The notes under the pieces are model-generated. The model saw nothing but the letters and a program-made list of their open reading frames with translations. It was not told the origin of the DNA and made no database searches. Below are positions 1 through 9,830 of a stretch of 57,119 nt of DNA, one piece after another. Position 1 is the stretch's first letter, and every line of letters begins with the position of its first letter. The position numbers were made by a program, and so were the translations under genes. Origin of the DNA: a virus (lineage: Duplodnaviria > Caudoviricetes); the IMG/VR virus record IMGVR_UViG_3300033434_000383, positions 1 to 57,119 of that record; one strand, 5' to 3'.

Positions 1-546
1 TTAATTACCATCTGGCACCTCTCCAATTACTTCGCCCGTTATATTTATAGGTTCTTTCTTTTCTAGTAACTCTCTTGCTCTTTGAGCTAAAGTAAGAGTT
101 GCTTGAGTTTCCATCATAATAGAACCACCATTTGCACCAGTTATTTCCCGTCTTTCTGCTGGTTTATATCCTGCTCTATCTAATATATCAATACAAGCGT
201 CTAATCTTGTTTTAAAACTAGCATCTTCATTTCTTGCTATTTCTACTACTAATTCTAACATTTCCTGTGAATACTCTTTAAAATCTTCCCATAGTTCTTT
301 CCTATGTTCTTCTATTGAATTAGAAATCTTAGGATTATTTAATATATCAGTTACAGGCGTATTTTTAGAATATCCTGCTGTTTCCTTTGCCTTACTTGCA
401 TTTCCTGACTTTAAATATTCTTCCACAAATCGCTCTTGTTTAGGATTTAAACTATTATCTTTCTTCTTAGGTCTTCCTGGCTTCTTAAGTATATTTCCAT
501 TTCTATTCTTAGCTGGTTTATAGTCCATTATCTCATCATCGCTCAA
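1..546 (-). CDS. terS: Terminase small subunit (Terminase_2-like)
   Basis: LNPKQERFVEEYL..GNASKA...AGYS..T motif and ILDRAGYKP..EITG motif; TTG start after AGGTGA; its 3' end overlaps an RBS and ATG (position 11) of a gene leaving the window. Confidence 0.8.
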   Translation of the reverse strand: MSDDEIMDYKPAKNRNGNILKKPGRPKKKDNSLNPKQERFVEEYLKSGNASKAKETAGYSKNTPVTDILNNPKISNSIEEHRKELWEDFKEYSQEMLELVVEIARNEDASFKTRLDACIDILDRAGYKPAERREITGANGGSIMMETQATLTLAQRARELLEKKEPINITGEVIGEVPDGN

Positions 547-800
547 TATATCACCTACTTTCTATATCAGAATTATTTCCTACTATATAACAAATAAAGA
601 TGCACAAATGACATATATTTTAATAATAAAGTTTATATTTTTGCTTCGCATGATTATCACAATTGAAATAATGAATGGAGAGTGATAACATGCTGCAAAC
701 CATATTTATTTAATTTTATAGATTAGCCTAAAGAGAGTGATTTAATCACTCTCTCTCTTTTGCTATCGCAAAAGAGTTAGTCTTTAATTAATAATAAGGA

Positions 801-1013
801 GTGTTTAATATGGAAAAGTATTTAACAACTGAACCTTGTCCGCATTGTGAGGCCGAGAATGAAGAATCTGTTTTATTTAATGGTTCATATATAACAACAT
901 GCCCATCATGCGGTGAGAAACTTCGTATATGTGGTGAGTGCTTACATTATGGTAAAGGTAAATGTGATTGGGATGAAAAAACAGGGTGTTATAGGGACGA
1001 GGATAATATATAG
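801..1013 (+). CDS. Small zinc-ribbon hypothetical protein
   Basis: CPHC, CPSC, CGEC and further Cys; AAGGAG RBS. Confidence 0.65.
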   Translation: MFNMEKYLTTEPCPHCEAENEESVLFNGSYITTCPSCGEKLRICGECLHYGKGKCDWDEKTGCYRDEDNI

Positions 1014-1033
1014 AAAAGGGGAGCGATAAATAA

Positions 1034-1270
1034 ATGAAAAAGCTTACAATTAAACAAGCGCACAATATTATTAAATCAAAAGGTTTACTTCATACAATCT
1101 TTGTACCATACAACAAGCAATTTTGGCCTAATATCTTCCGCAGCGTAACTTTTACAACGGATAAAGGACTCGACAATTATTATTCTAAGGCAAAGCACAT
1201 AGGTGAGGATGGTGTTTTTTATCAAGTATCTAATGAAACTACTCTGCCATATTATCAAGTAACACCTTGA
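1034..1270 (+). CDS. Hypothetical protein
   Basis: AAGGGGAG RBS; co-oriented with neighbours. Confidence 0.55.
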   Translation: MKKLTIKQAHNIIKSKGLLHTIFVPYNKQFWPNIFRSVTFTTDKGLDNYYSKAKHIGEDGVFYQVSNETTLPYYQVTP

Positions 1271-1276
1271 CTGTTT

Positions 1277-1306
1277 TTGTACAATTTGTGCATAATGTGC
1301 TATAGT
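1277..1306 (+). promoter_or_regulatory. Promoter/operator of the Phd-HicA TA operon
   Basis: Extended -10 TGcTATAGT; TGTACA-ATT-TGTGCA palindrome (TGTACA is the known YefM/Phd-type operator core). Confidence 0.5.
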
Positions 1307-1336
1307 AAGAATATACTAAAGAAGGAATGATGCAAA

Positions 1337-1786
1337 ATGGAAGGAGTAGCTATGCTTAAGAACATAAATTTTTCTGAAGCTCGCGCTCAGTTATCGCCTA
1401 TATTTGACCAAGTTCTTAATGATCAACAACCAATAATAGTAAAAAGAAAACGTGATGAAGCATTTATAATTAAATGTGAATTACAAAAACAAATTTTATC
1501 TAACTATAATCTAAACGTTGAAGAAATGCCCGAAGACGATGGTTCAATGACGTTAGCAATACATCAATTAGCAATAGTTGTTAATCAAAAAACATTACCA
1601 GAAGCTATAGAAGACTTAATATCAGAATTAAAGATTTATGCTGAAGAATATATGAATAGATTACAATTATTTTTAAATGCACCCAATCGCAAAGGACACT
1701 TACCTTATACACTAAGAATTTTAATGTGTGAATCTGACAAGGAAATTGCAGAAATGTTAGTATTTGAAAATGCCACCAAAATTTAA
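1337..1786 (+). CDS. Antitoxin with Phd/YefM-like N-terminus and HicB-like C-terminus
   Basis: NFSEARAQLSPIFDQV..PIIVKR Phd motif; C-terminal half resembles a HicB fold; overlaps the downstream toxin. Confidence 0.7.
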   Translation: MEGVAMLKNINFSEARAQLSPIFDQVLNDQQPIIVKRKRDEAFIIKCELQKQILSNYNLNVEEMPEDDGSMTLAIHQLAIVVNQKTLPEAIEDLISELKIYAEEYMNRLQLFLNAPNRKGHLPYTLRILMCESDKEIAEMLVFENATKI

Positions 1787-1994
1787 AGACATAAAAAAAT
1801 ATTGCGATAATACAGGTTGGGTGCTAACTAAAAATACAGACCATTGGTATTATGAAAAGACATTAGCAAATGGTGACGTACTAACAACAAGAATCAGCCA
1901 TTCAGTAAGCAAAGAATTGTCTAAAAACCTATGGAAAACAATTCTAAAGCAACAATTAAAAACCACAGAAGAAGACTTTTGGAATAATATATAA
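1764..1994 (+). CDS. HicA-like toxin
   Basis: GW...DHWYY..TTRISH...LWKTILKQQL dsRBD-like HicA pattern; likely ATG at 1770. Confidence 0.7.
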   Translation: MKMPPKFKDIKKYCDNTGWVLTKNTDHWYYEKTLANGDVLTTRISHSVSKELSKNLWKTILKQQLKTTEEDFWNNI

Positions 1995-2083
1995 AAAACA
2001 TTTTTTTCTTCGCATGGATAACCTTACTAGAAAGGAGCTTAATAATACCATAATATTATTTAAGACAAAGGAGTAAATAATAT

Positions 2084-2350
2084 ATGTGGAAAATTACCAA
2101 AGACAAACTATTTGAAAAAGACCCAGAAATATTTGAGAAGTCAACCGTGTGCTTTTCTTCAAAGAATTATGATGGTAGAGAATTGTTGTATAAATTCCGT
2201 ATGAAAGATGACGGTGGAATAATTTACTATTATGGTGTGTCAAGTTCAGATAGCAGCTTTGCGCCGTTAGATGATTTCGGGATGCCAAATGCAGGTTGCA
2301 CCATGATAGAATACTACAACAAAGAAACTAAAACACGGGAATTGCTATAA
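2084..2350 (+). CDS. Hypothetical protein
   Basis: AAGGAG RBS; FRMKDDGGIIYYYG..PLDDFGMPNAGCTMIEY resembles small phage/plasmid proteins. Confidence 0.65.
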   Translation: MWKITKDKLFEKDPEIFEKSTVCFSSKNYDGRELLYKFRMKDDGGIIYYYGVSSSDSSFAPLDDFGMPNAGCTMIEYYNKETKTRELL

Positions 2351-2427
2351 AACAAGGATAACATTGTAGGAAAGAGTCTTCATAGACTCTTATTTTTATT
2401 TTCTTCAATAATTTTTCGAAAAGGGAA

Positions 2428-2847
2428 GTGTTTTTAATGATTAAAACATATGCAAATTGGGAGGGTGATCTAGGCGCTTATCTACAAATAGGTGATGAAG
2501 TAGATCAAGAAATGGTAGACTACTTTATAAATGTTCTTCCTCCAGCTTGTATGAATGGTGAATGTGTTCAGATAGGCGAACCTTATTCTCATAGGTATGA
2601 TGAGAATGGCAAATGGGAAGCGACTTATCCAACGCTAAAATCTAATAGAAAGTTTGGAGCAAAGAAAATGGCTGAATATATTCCCTTTGGTCAGCCAATT
2701 CTTATAGGCCATCATTCAGAACAAAGAGATAGAAACTTCGTTGTCAATTTATTTTTCCAGGTAAACCATCGGACGAGATTAGAACGATACTTAAAAATCA
2801 TTCATTTAAATGGTCGCCAAGCCGTAGTGCATGGGTTAGAATGTTAA
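2428..2847 (+). CDS. Chimeric or deleted hypothetical protein containing a DUF3560-like fragment
   Basis: IPFGQPILIGHHSE.RDRN is the DUF3560 signature, fused behind an unrelated N-terminus. Confidence 0.5.
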   Translation: MFLMIKTYANWEGDLGAYLQIGDEVDQEMVDYFINVLPPACMNGECVQIGEPYSHRYDENGKWEATYPTLKSNRKFGAKKMAEYIPFGQPILIGHHSEQRDRNFVVNLFFQVNHRTRLERYLKIIHLNGRQAVVHGLEC

Positions 2848-2973
2848 ATAATAGTGGTATATACGCCGCTAAACGTGTTATAGAAAAACTACAACAGATG
2901 TAGGAATTCTAAGTCGTTCTTGATTATTGATACTATATATGATATTATCAAGGGAGCTTTAAGGAGTTGGTTT

Positions 2974-3222
2974 TTGTTGTCTAAGTTGAAAAAGCTACTA
3001 GAAAGAATTAGGAATAATCCTAAAACAGTTCGGTTTGAGGAACTTGATAAAATTCTTATCAAAGAAGGGTTTAATAGACGACAGTCGAAAAAAGGAACAA
3101 GCCATTTTTACTACACTAAAGGTAATAAAACACTATCAGTTCCGTTCAATAAGCCATATATACTTGAATGTTATGTTAAAGATATGTTAGAACTAATCTC
3201 AGATGAAGAAAGAGAGGTATAA
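2974..3222 (+). CDS. hicA: HicA family toxin
   Basis: NPKTVRFEELDKIL..GF..RQ..GTSHFYY..VP..PY...YVK; TTG start after AAGGAG. Confidence 0.85.
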   Translation: MLSKLKKLLERIRNNPKTVRFEELDKILIKEGFNRRQSKKGTSHFYYTKGNKTLSVPFNKPYILECYVKDMLELISDEEREV

Positions 3223-3226
3223 CCAC

Positions 3227-3583
3227 ATGAAAACCTTTGAATATTACATGAAATTACCATATACAATTATCCTCCAAGAATCTCCTGAAGGTGGCTATGT
3301 AGCAAGCATTAAGGAATTACCAGGATGTATTACCCAAGGTGAAACTAAAGCTGAAGCCTTAGAAATGATCGAAGATGCTAAAGCTGGCTGGATAGACATT
3401 GCATTACAGGATGGCAACGAGATACCAGAACCAACTACAGAGCAATACAGTGGTAAATTCATTGTGAGAATACCCAAGTCATTGCATAAGTCGTTAGCAG
3501 AAAAAGCCAAAGAAGAAAATGTGAGCTTAAACCAACTGACAACATATTTATTGTCGTCAGGAATAGGCAAAGCTAAATTATAA
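3227..3583 (+). CDS. hicB: HicB family antitoxin (RHH C-terminus)
   Basis: ELPGCITQGET..EALEM..DA; YSGKFIVRIPKSLH..A..ENVSLNQ. Confidence 0.9.
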   Translation: MKTFEYYMKLPYTIILQESPEGGYVASIKELPGCITQGETKAEALEMIEDAKAGWIDIALQDGNEIPEPTTEQYSGKFIVRIPKSLHKSLAEKAKEENVSLNQLTTYLLSSGIGKAKL

Positions 3584-3600
3584 ATAAATCAATATTTGTT

Positions 3601-3629
3601 AAGAGAGACATATTATGTCTCTCTTTTTT
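3601..3629 (+). terminator. Rho-independent terminator
   Basis: AAGAGAGACA-tattA-TGTCTCTCTT followed by a T-run. Confidence 0.7.
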
Positions 3630-3654
3630 ATATCTAATTTTGGGAGGTAACTAA

Positions 3655-4584
3655 ATGGAATATACATTAGAAACACTAAAGGCTATTAATCCAAGTCGTC
3701 GGTTTATTGATAAATCAACAGTAGACAAAGTAAATACATGTATAACTGAAATTGAAAACGATAGAAACCCTAATATGCCAACTTATGGCGATATTGTAAG
3801 ATATACTGATAAAGATGGCAATTTTTATAGTTGTGCCAGCGTACAGCCTGCCGATGGTTTTACAGGTGAAAACGAAATAAATATTTGTGTAAGTGGCAGT
3901 CATGGGTTTTACTGGAATCACAATATTAGTACAAGTGGTGGCCCGTGGTATCATGTAGATAAATCACATTTTAAATTAATAGGAAAAAGTACAGGTAGTT
4001 TCTGGGTTTGGGGCTATATGGGAGCTATCGGTAATGGTGGTGTAGATTTTACCGTTGAGGTCAACCTTTGGGAATGTAACATAAACGAACAAAAGTATTC
4101 TACTGAATTTTATGATAGGCAATATATTTATGATACTGGAAAAATTGACGATCATAGTGGTTATCGTTGGTTTGGTAAATATATTGCATTTAAAACTTTA
4201 GAAGATTATAAAGCATGGCTAAAAACATTTAACGGAATAGAAATTAAAGGAAATATGGACAATCAAACTATTGTTTGGTTTGATAAAAATACTGATCATT
4301 ATATATCTTTGGGCGCTTATAAAGTTATAGAAAACTATGTACCTGATACCTGTGTAGCAAATGGTGTTCGAGAGTGTAAGAGAGTTTATGATAATAAAAA
4401 TCATAAGATGGACACTTATATTACCTATGATATACCAGAATTGGACTGGAGAACTAACAAAGAATATACCAGAGCTAGAAAGCATTTAAATGATAATAAC
4501 GAAATCACTCAAGCTATACATCGAATGGCATACAAAAGAATTGCACGTGGAGTGTCAATTGAAAGTGTAATTCTTAAGAACTAA
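3655..4584 (+). CDS. DUF4121-like protein (family usually seen in plasmids/ICEs)
   Basis: P..GD.VRYT..G.FY..A, STSGGPW and FW.WG..GA.GNGGV.F..EVNLWEC motifs; GGAGG RBS. Confidence 0.6.
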   Translation: MEYTLETLKAINPSRRFIDKSTVDKVNTCITEIENDRNPNMPTYGDIVRYTDKDGNFYSCASVQPADGFTGENEINICVSGSHGFYWNHNISTSGGPWYHVDKSHFKLIGKSTGSFWVWGYMGAIGNGGVDFTVEVNLWECNINEQKYSTEFYDRQYIYDTGKIDDHSGYRWFGKYIAFKTLEDYKAWLKTFNGIEIKGNMDNQTIVWFDKNTDHYISLGAYKVIENYVPDTCVANGVRECKRVYDNKNHKMDTYITYDIPELDWRTNKEYTRARKHLNDNNEITQAIHRMAYKRIARGVSIESVILKN

Positions 4585-5605
4585 TCTTAAAAATACAACT
4601 TGGGAAAAAAATCAAGGAATTCAAAAGTTTATTGATAGTGTAATTCTAGAACTTGAAGAACTGAATTCTATTCCGTCAGACAAACAAGAGTCTGTAAAAA
4701 AATATGCTTACAAGTATCTAGTAGAAAATTAATTTAATAATTATTATGATATTTCAGATTATAACTTTCAGAATACCTTTGAAGACCTTAGCCCCAAGTT
4801 TTACCCGATGTTACGAATGTTAATGTTTAAGATATTACAGGAAACAGAGGTAAAATAATTATGTATAGATATAAGTTACGACGACTAAAAACAAGCGGCA
4901 TATGTGATATTTGCAAACTGGTTTGCTATGATATATATCTACAAATTGAAGAGAAACATCACAATTTTAATAGTAATGATATATATAGCGTTTGGAGTCA
5001 ATACGGTTGTATAATCACACAGGGCATGAGGTTTTGACCAAAGGAAAAAAGCTGGCCGAAATGTAAAGAAAGGTGCAAAATCATTTCACATTATAGCGCC
5101 CTAATTAAATAGTTTATTCTCTTGCCGTTGTAACATCTACTATATCCCTGTATTTCAAGCGCCTATTGGTAATAAGCGACAACTGGCTTGCTCTCTTATT
5201 TATTTTATGACAGGTTTTCAGTTTTTTCGGTATTAAAGTAATTTGCTTAAGTTCTTCTAAAATATTATGCTGATTAATCGTTTCACCCGAGAAACTAGCT
5301 CTATAGTCTTTTTCCATCTTTTAATAGCAATATAACAAGTTAAATTATACTTTTCTGTCTCTGTACGCAAGTTTTTAAGTTCTTCAATCGCATAAGCACT
5401 TGTCTTAATATTACTCCTTTACAGCAAATGTAAGTGTTTGAACATTTATTCCCTCTTGATTAAATTTATCAATCATTGGTTTAACATAAACAGAGAATTA
5501 TTCATTATTTATAGACACCCCCTTGTTATTCGAAATATTCCGTTTATTTTTAAGGTAATTCCCCCTGTTCAAATAGACTTATATGGTTCCATCCATGTAT
5601 TCCTC

Positions 5606-6049
5606 CTACTTATCAAAGTCCAAAGAGTCATCATATATAACAGGATCATCTTCATGCATACGAGACGCAGCTTTTTTAAATGCTTCTTCCCAACCTGCCT
5701 TTACTTCTTTCTTTTCTGCATCCAATTCACGTTTCAGTTCATCAAGAGTTATATATTCACCACGAGCATATTCCTCTCTAGATTCTAAAACCATACGATC
5801 TATAGAATCTCTTACTCTTGATTCATATTCTCTTATTGTATCTTCATTAATAGGTTTACCAGCTCTTTTAAGGCAGTACATTACCATATCTTGAAATTCA
5901 TCTTCAAATTTAATCGGCTTTATATAGATTTGTTCATCGTCCGCAAATACTTTAACCTCACAATTATGCTTTATATTGAATTTATCCCTAAGTTCTTTAG
6001 GTAGGACTATCTGACCCTTAGTACTCACTTTAACATTATACCGTTTCAT
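5606..6049 (-). CDS. AbrB/MazE-family antitoxin-like protein (paralog 2)
   Basis: VSTKGQIVLPKELRDKFNI AbrB domain; C-terminal AGWEEAFKK MazE-type tail. Confidence 0.75.
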   Translation of the reverse strand: MKRYNVKVSTKGQIVLPKELRDKFNIKHNCEVKVFADDEQIYIKPIKFEDEFQDMVMYCLKRAGKPINEDTIREYESRVRDSIDRMVLESREEYARGEYITLDELKRELDAEKKEVKAGWEEAFKKAASRMHEDDPVIYDDSLDFDK

Positions 6050-6089
6050 TATTGCACTCTCCTAATGTAAGATTCCTCGTATTTTATTC

Positions 6090-6346
6090 TCCTATTTTAT
6101 GAAATTAAATTCGTTAAATGAGCTTTCTTTTTCTTGTAACTTAGATTTGGTTACCATTACTTTAACCACGCCACAATCTATATAAACCTAGAGTTGGCAT
6201 GTCTCTAAATGTACTAACAATAGCCAAAGCATCCTTCATTACGTTTGGCTAAATTATTATACATGGCCTAATTTTACTTATTTCTGCACCTACTTAGGAC
6301 TAAGTTACCAGAATACATCGTATTGATTAATTTCTAATTTTTTCAT
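6090..6346 (-). pseudogene. mazF: Decayed MazF/PemK toxin
   Basis: ATGA overlap with the upstream antitoxin stop; reads MKKLEINQYDVFW*..GAEIVKIRPCIII*PN with stops and frameshifts; 3' end approximate. Confidence 0.65.
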
Positions 6347-6789
6347 TCATCTATTAGATGGGTATCAAGACATTCTAATATTTCATCATTACTTTTCCCA
6401 TCTGCTTTTATCTTTGCAAAAGCTTCTACCCAACCTGCCCTAACCTTTTTCTTTTCCTCATTTATTTCTTTCTCTAATTGCTCAAGAGTTATATATTCAC
6501 CTCGTGCTACTTCTTCTCTAGCTTCTGCAAATATCCGTTCTATTGAGTTCTGAACTCTTATTTCATACTCTTTAATCGTATCTTCATTGATAGATTTATT
6601 ATCTCTTTTAAGACAGTACATCACCATATCTTGAAATTCATCTTCAAATTTTACAGGTTCTATAATAATTCTTTCATTTTCTATATATAGTCTAATTTTA
6701 CTATTACTGTTTAGATTTAGTTCATCTCTAAATTCCTTTGGTATATCAATTTGTCCTTTTGGACCTAAGGTAATCTCAAATTTGGCCAT
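6343..6789 (-). CDS. AbrB/MazE-family antitoxin-like protein (paralog 1)
   Basis: LGPKGQIDIPKEFRDELNL; shares KFEDEFQDMVMYCLKR..ARGEYITL with 5606-6049. Confidence 0.75.
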   Translation of the reverse strand: MAKFEITLGPKGQIDIPKEFRDELNLNSNSKIRLYIENERIIIEPVKFEDEFQDMVMYCLKRDNKSINEDTIKEYEIRVQNSIERIFAEAREEVARGEYITLEQLEKEINEEKKKVRAGWVEAFAKIKADGKSNDEILECLDTHLIDE

Positions 6790-7507
6790 TGTCGTACATC
6801 ACTCACTCTCTGATTAACGTTTTGACAGGCAACCAGTTCATTCCTGTAACTTGCTTACGTTCTTAATATTTTGCTTATTAATTGCCTCATCTGAATAATT
6901 GCTTATATGATTCTTGTTCCAATATTTTAAAAACTAAATTACCTTTGGTCTTAAACTTTTAGGTCTATAATTTGTTTAAAATAAATGCTAAATTTGTTTT
7001 CCATGAATTTGCACCGTTCTAATTCAATCTTCTACGCTCTTTATAAACAACCGATCAGTAGTAGTTTATGCTGTTTGCCTTTAATTATCAAATTCCTTTA
7101 CATTAACTTATTATATTAATTTCGTATTTTAATTTAATATAATTAACTTGCCTAAATTTAGTTTTACGCATTAACTTTTTTTATTTTTTAAAGCAACTAC
7201 CAAAAAAACAGCCCCTTCTCGGTATGATTTTTCTCTAATTAACTCCTCAAGTCGCTCCAAGTTATAGTAATAAGCCCGTTACTTTTATTATTTGTTCTTT
7301 ATCTATTTTTCCATTTTTAATTATTTTTTTACGTAATCTACACTATTTTGTAATTCTCTTTGTGGCCACATTAGCAAATAATCGGTAATAAACACAATGA
7401 CCATGCCAATATACGCATGGTCATCTCAAATATAAAGTATTTTTTCTACCTGCTAAAAATATACATTACTTCTTCCTTATTAATATTTTCGGTCAAAAAA
7501 TCTGTTT

Positions 7508-7904
7508 TTAACTGTTTTTTCCCTCCTCACGCCGCATACATAACTCCCTTGCCCTACACGCTATTTCTCTGGTTTGATCGCTCACTTTATATTTTTTACG
7601 ACCCCGTGGCCTAATCAAGTATTTCTTTACAAGCCTCTAGTTGGACTTTATATGGAGCATTTTCATCTCTTGCGATAAAAATTAAACGATCTTGAGCTTC
7701 TATAGCATACAGTTTAAATACTTCCCATAGTTCTTCCTGTTTTCTCTTTATAAACTCTACAATCTCAAGTTTATTTAGGTTTTCGTGACCAATAGAATAA
7801 GCCGTTTTCTTAGAATATCCTGCTCGCTTAGCGCTTAATGTTTCATTATTAGTTTCTAAGTAATGAATTACAAACTTCATTTGCTTATTAGTTAGGTTAT
7901 CCAT
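7508..7904 (-). pseudogene. terS: Second terminase small subunit, frameshifted near 7612
   Basis: LTNKQMKFVIHYL..SAKRAGYSKKTAYSIGHENL; removing one base at ILD restores DRPRG..IACRAREL, matching LAQRAREL of terS at 1-546. Confidence 0.7.
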
Positions 7905-8353
7905 TAAATATCACCTCCTTTATAATCACTCTAAACTAACAAAAGCGCCATAAGCGCTTTTGAAAAAATGCAAAACAGCATTTTTTTATTTACTTAGTCC
8001 AACGACTAAGTAAATATAGGCATGGCTGTACCTAATGAAATACATTACAATTTTATATTTAAGCATTTTCATTAGTCTCAGCCGTTCCATTGCCTATTTT
8101 AGTCATTACTTTACCACATTTGCACCAACACTCAGCCTTCTTAAATATTACATAAATGCTACGTTGGCACTTGTTACATATATATTGGTAAAACAGTTAG
8201 CTTAACCTCCTTTCCTCAAAAATAAGTATTTCACCCAAAATATACTTTTTGAATACAAATACGAAACGCATATATCCTTTATGTGAAATTTCCAGTTTTC
8301 TGTCTTAGATCTCAAATTATTAATATAACTGCATTACTAAATTCACAAATTTC

Positions 8354-8782
8354 TTAATCATCCTCTAAGTCACTAAGCCTCCATTCCTCCCGTGGTATTA
8401 CTGGTGTTATTTCCCCGCCTTTTATCTTACGTTCAAACTCTTCCTTCTCTTTTTTTCGCCTTAACACTTGACCAAACTCAATCACTTTTTTAAAAAACAT
8501 TTCTAAACTCATCACTTGCTTGTGTTTGATTTTTTTTACATATAGGTAGCTTAAGGGAACCCTTGACTTATTATTACGCATAAAGTTCCTAAGTCTATAA
8601 TAATCAACTGTCAACTTTTCTCCAATATATAAGGGCTTATTTGTACATTTTAAAATATACTCCCTAGTAATATAATTAATCATTTCTTCTTCCGAAATAG
8701 TTTTATTAGTATTGTTCAAATTCCAAATATCCTTTCCATGATGAGCTTTGCGAATCATGGCATGATAAGCATAGCGCATCAT
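8354..8782 (-). CDS. Hypothetical basic protein
   Basis: 142-aa ORF downstream of the Rep-like gene; no recognised motif. Confidence 0.45.
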   Translation of the reverse strand: MMRYAYHAMIRKAHHGKDIWNLNNTNKTISEEEMINYITREYILKCTNKPLYIGEKLTVDYYRLRNFMRNNKSRVPLSYLYVKKIKHKQVMSLEMFFKKVIEFGQVLRRKKEKEEFERKIKGGEITPVIPREEWRLSDLEDD

Positions 8783-8940
8783 GTTATATTTTTGTATAGT
8801 TATTTCATATAATTACATTTACGTATAATATCTTACGTATAATTTATGGATCATTTTAGCCCTTTATAATAGTTCATTTTGAACCGTTACATTAGCCGAA
8901 ATATCCTATTGATTTTGCCATTTTGACCTATTGAAACACC

Positions 8941-9456
8941 TTACTCAATATCAGTGTCAATATCACGAAAATTATCTCTATCCCCTATTTCATTTCCATG
9001 ACTAGCAAACTTTATTGGTTCTGGCAGACGCCATTCACTATCCTGATTTAAATAATAATAATTTTTCAAGCGTCCTCCCCAAGGACTTTTTACCTTTCGA
9101 ACCACTCCGTACTTTACTAATTCAGCAATAGCTCTACGATTAGCTCCGCGCGACTTACTCATCAGTGTCTCTAATGTATCTTCCTTCGGGTATACAACGC
9201 CTAATCCAAAACAAATACACGAACGCAATACCATATACATTAACTTTGCATTTGCTGACAACCCACTTTTCACTATAGCATTTGGAGTCATAAAACCATT
9301 TCCAGTTTTAGTATCATATGGATCAACTTCTGGAGCATCCACGGGTACTATAACAAGCTTAGTTCCGCTGCCACATTTAACTATTAAATGTTTTTTTCGT
9401 TCTTTAACGGTCACAGATAAAATCTGTTTGCTCTTACTATTATTTTCAATTAACAA
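8941..9456 (-). CDS. Winged-HTH (HTH_36-like) replication-initiator-like protein
   Basis: LSANAKLMYMVL...YPKEDTLETLMSKSR...RAIAELVKYG.V...NYYYL pattern. Confidence 0.6.
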   Translation of the reverse strand: MLIENNSKSKQILSVTVKERKKHLIVKCGSGTKLVIVPVDAPEVDPYDTKTGNGFMTPNAIVKSGLSANAKLMYMVLRSCICFGLGVVYPKEDTLETLMSKSRGANRRAIAELVKYGVVRKVKSPWGGRLKNYYYLNQDSEWRLPEPIKFASHGNEIGDRDNFRDIDTDIE

Positions 9457-9830
9457 ATTCCTTTCACCTCAGTTTACTGCATTTGTTTTCTATAAAACAA
9501 CATATACCATCTCTACCGCAAGAACATACACAAACTGCTTTCTTAAATATTACTTCAATAATTCGCTGGCATTTTTCATAAACGTATTTATTAACCAAGC
9601 ACTAAACCCCCATCCTTATAGAACTCCCATTTCTGTTTCATTTAATAATTAGCTCCTATTCATTTTTACGACTAAAATTCCCCATATACAAACTTTACCA
9701 CGTTTCGTAGTAACCTTCAATGCATTTCGATAGGTTATACCTAGGTTACTACAGCAATAGTGTTTCCATGCCTAATTAGCAAAATAAAAACAAGCTGCAA
9801 TAAATTCAGCTTGTTTGTGGTATATACAGC

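Noticed and set aside
4600-5430. Coding fragments, including 5114-5317
   Set aside because: Several broken frames with no assignable family; treated as decayed DNA
8059-8200. Small CxxC..CxC zinc-finger ORF behind a strong RBS
   Set aside because: No valid start and frameshifted; at most a pseudogene
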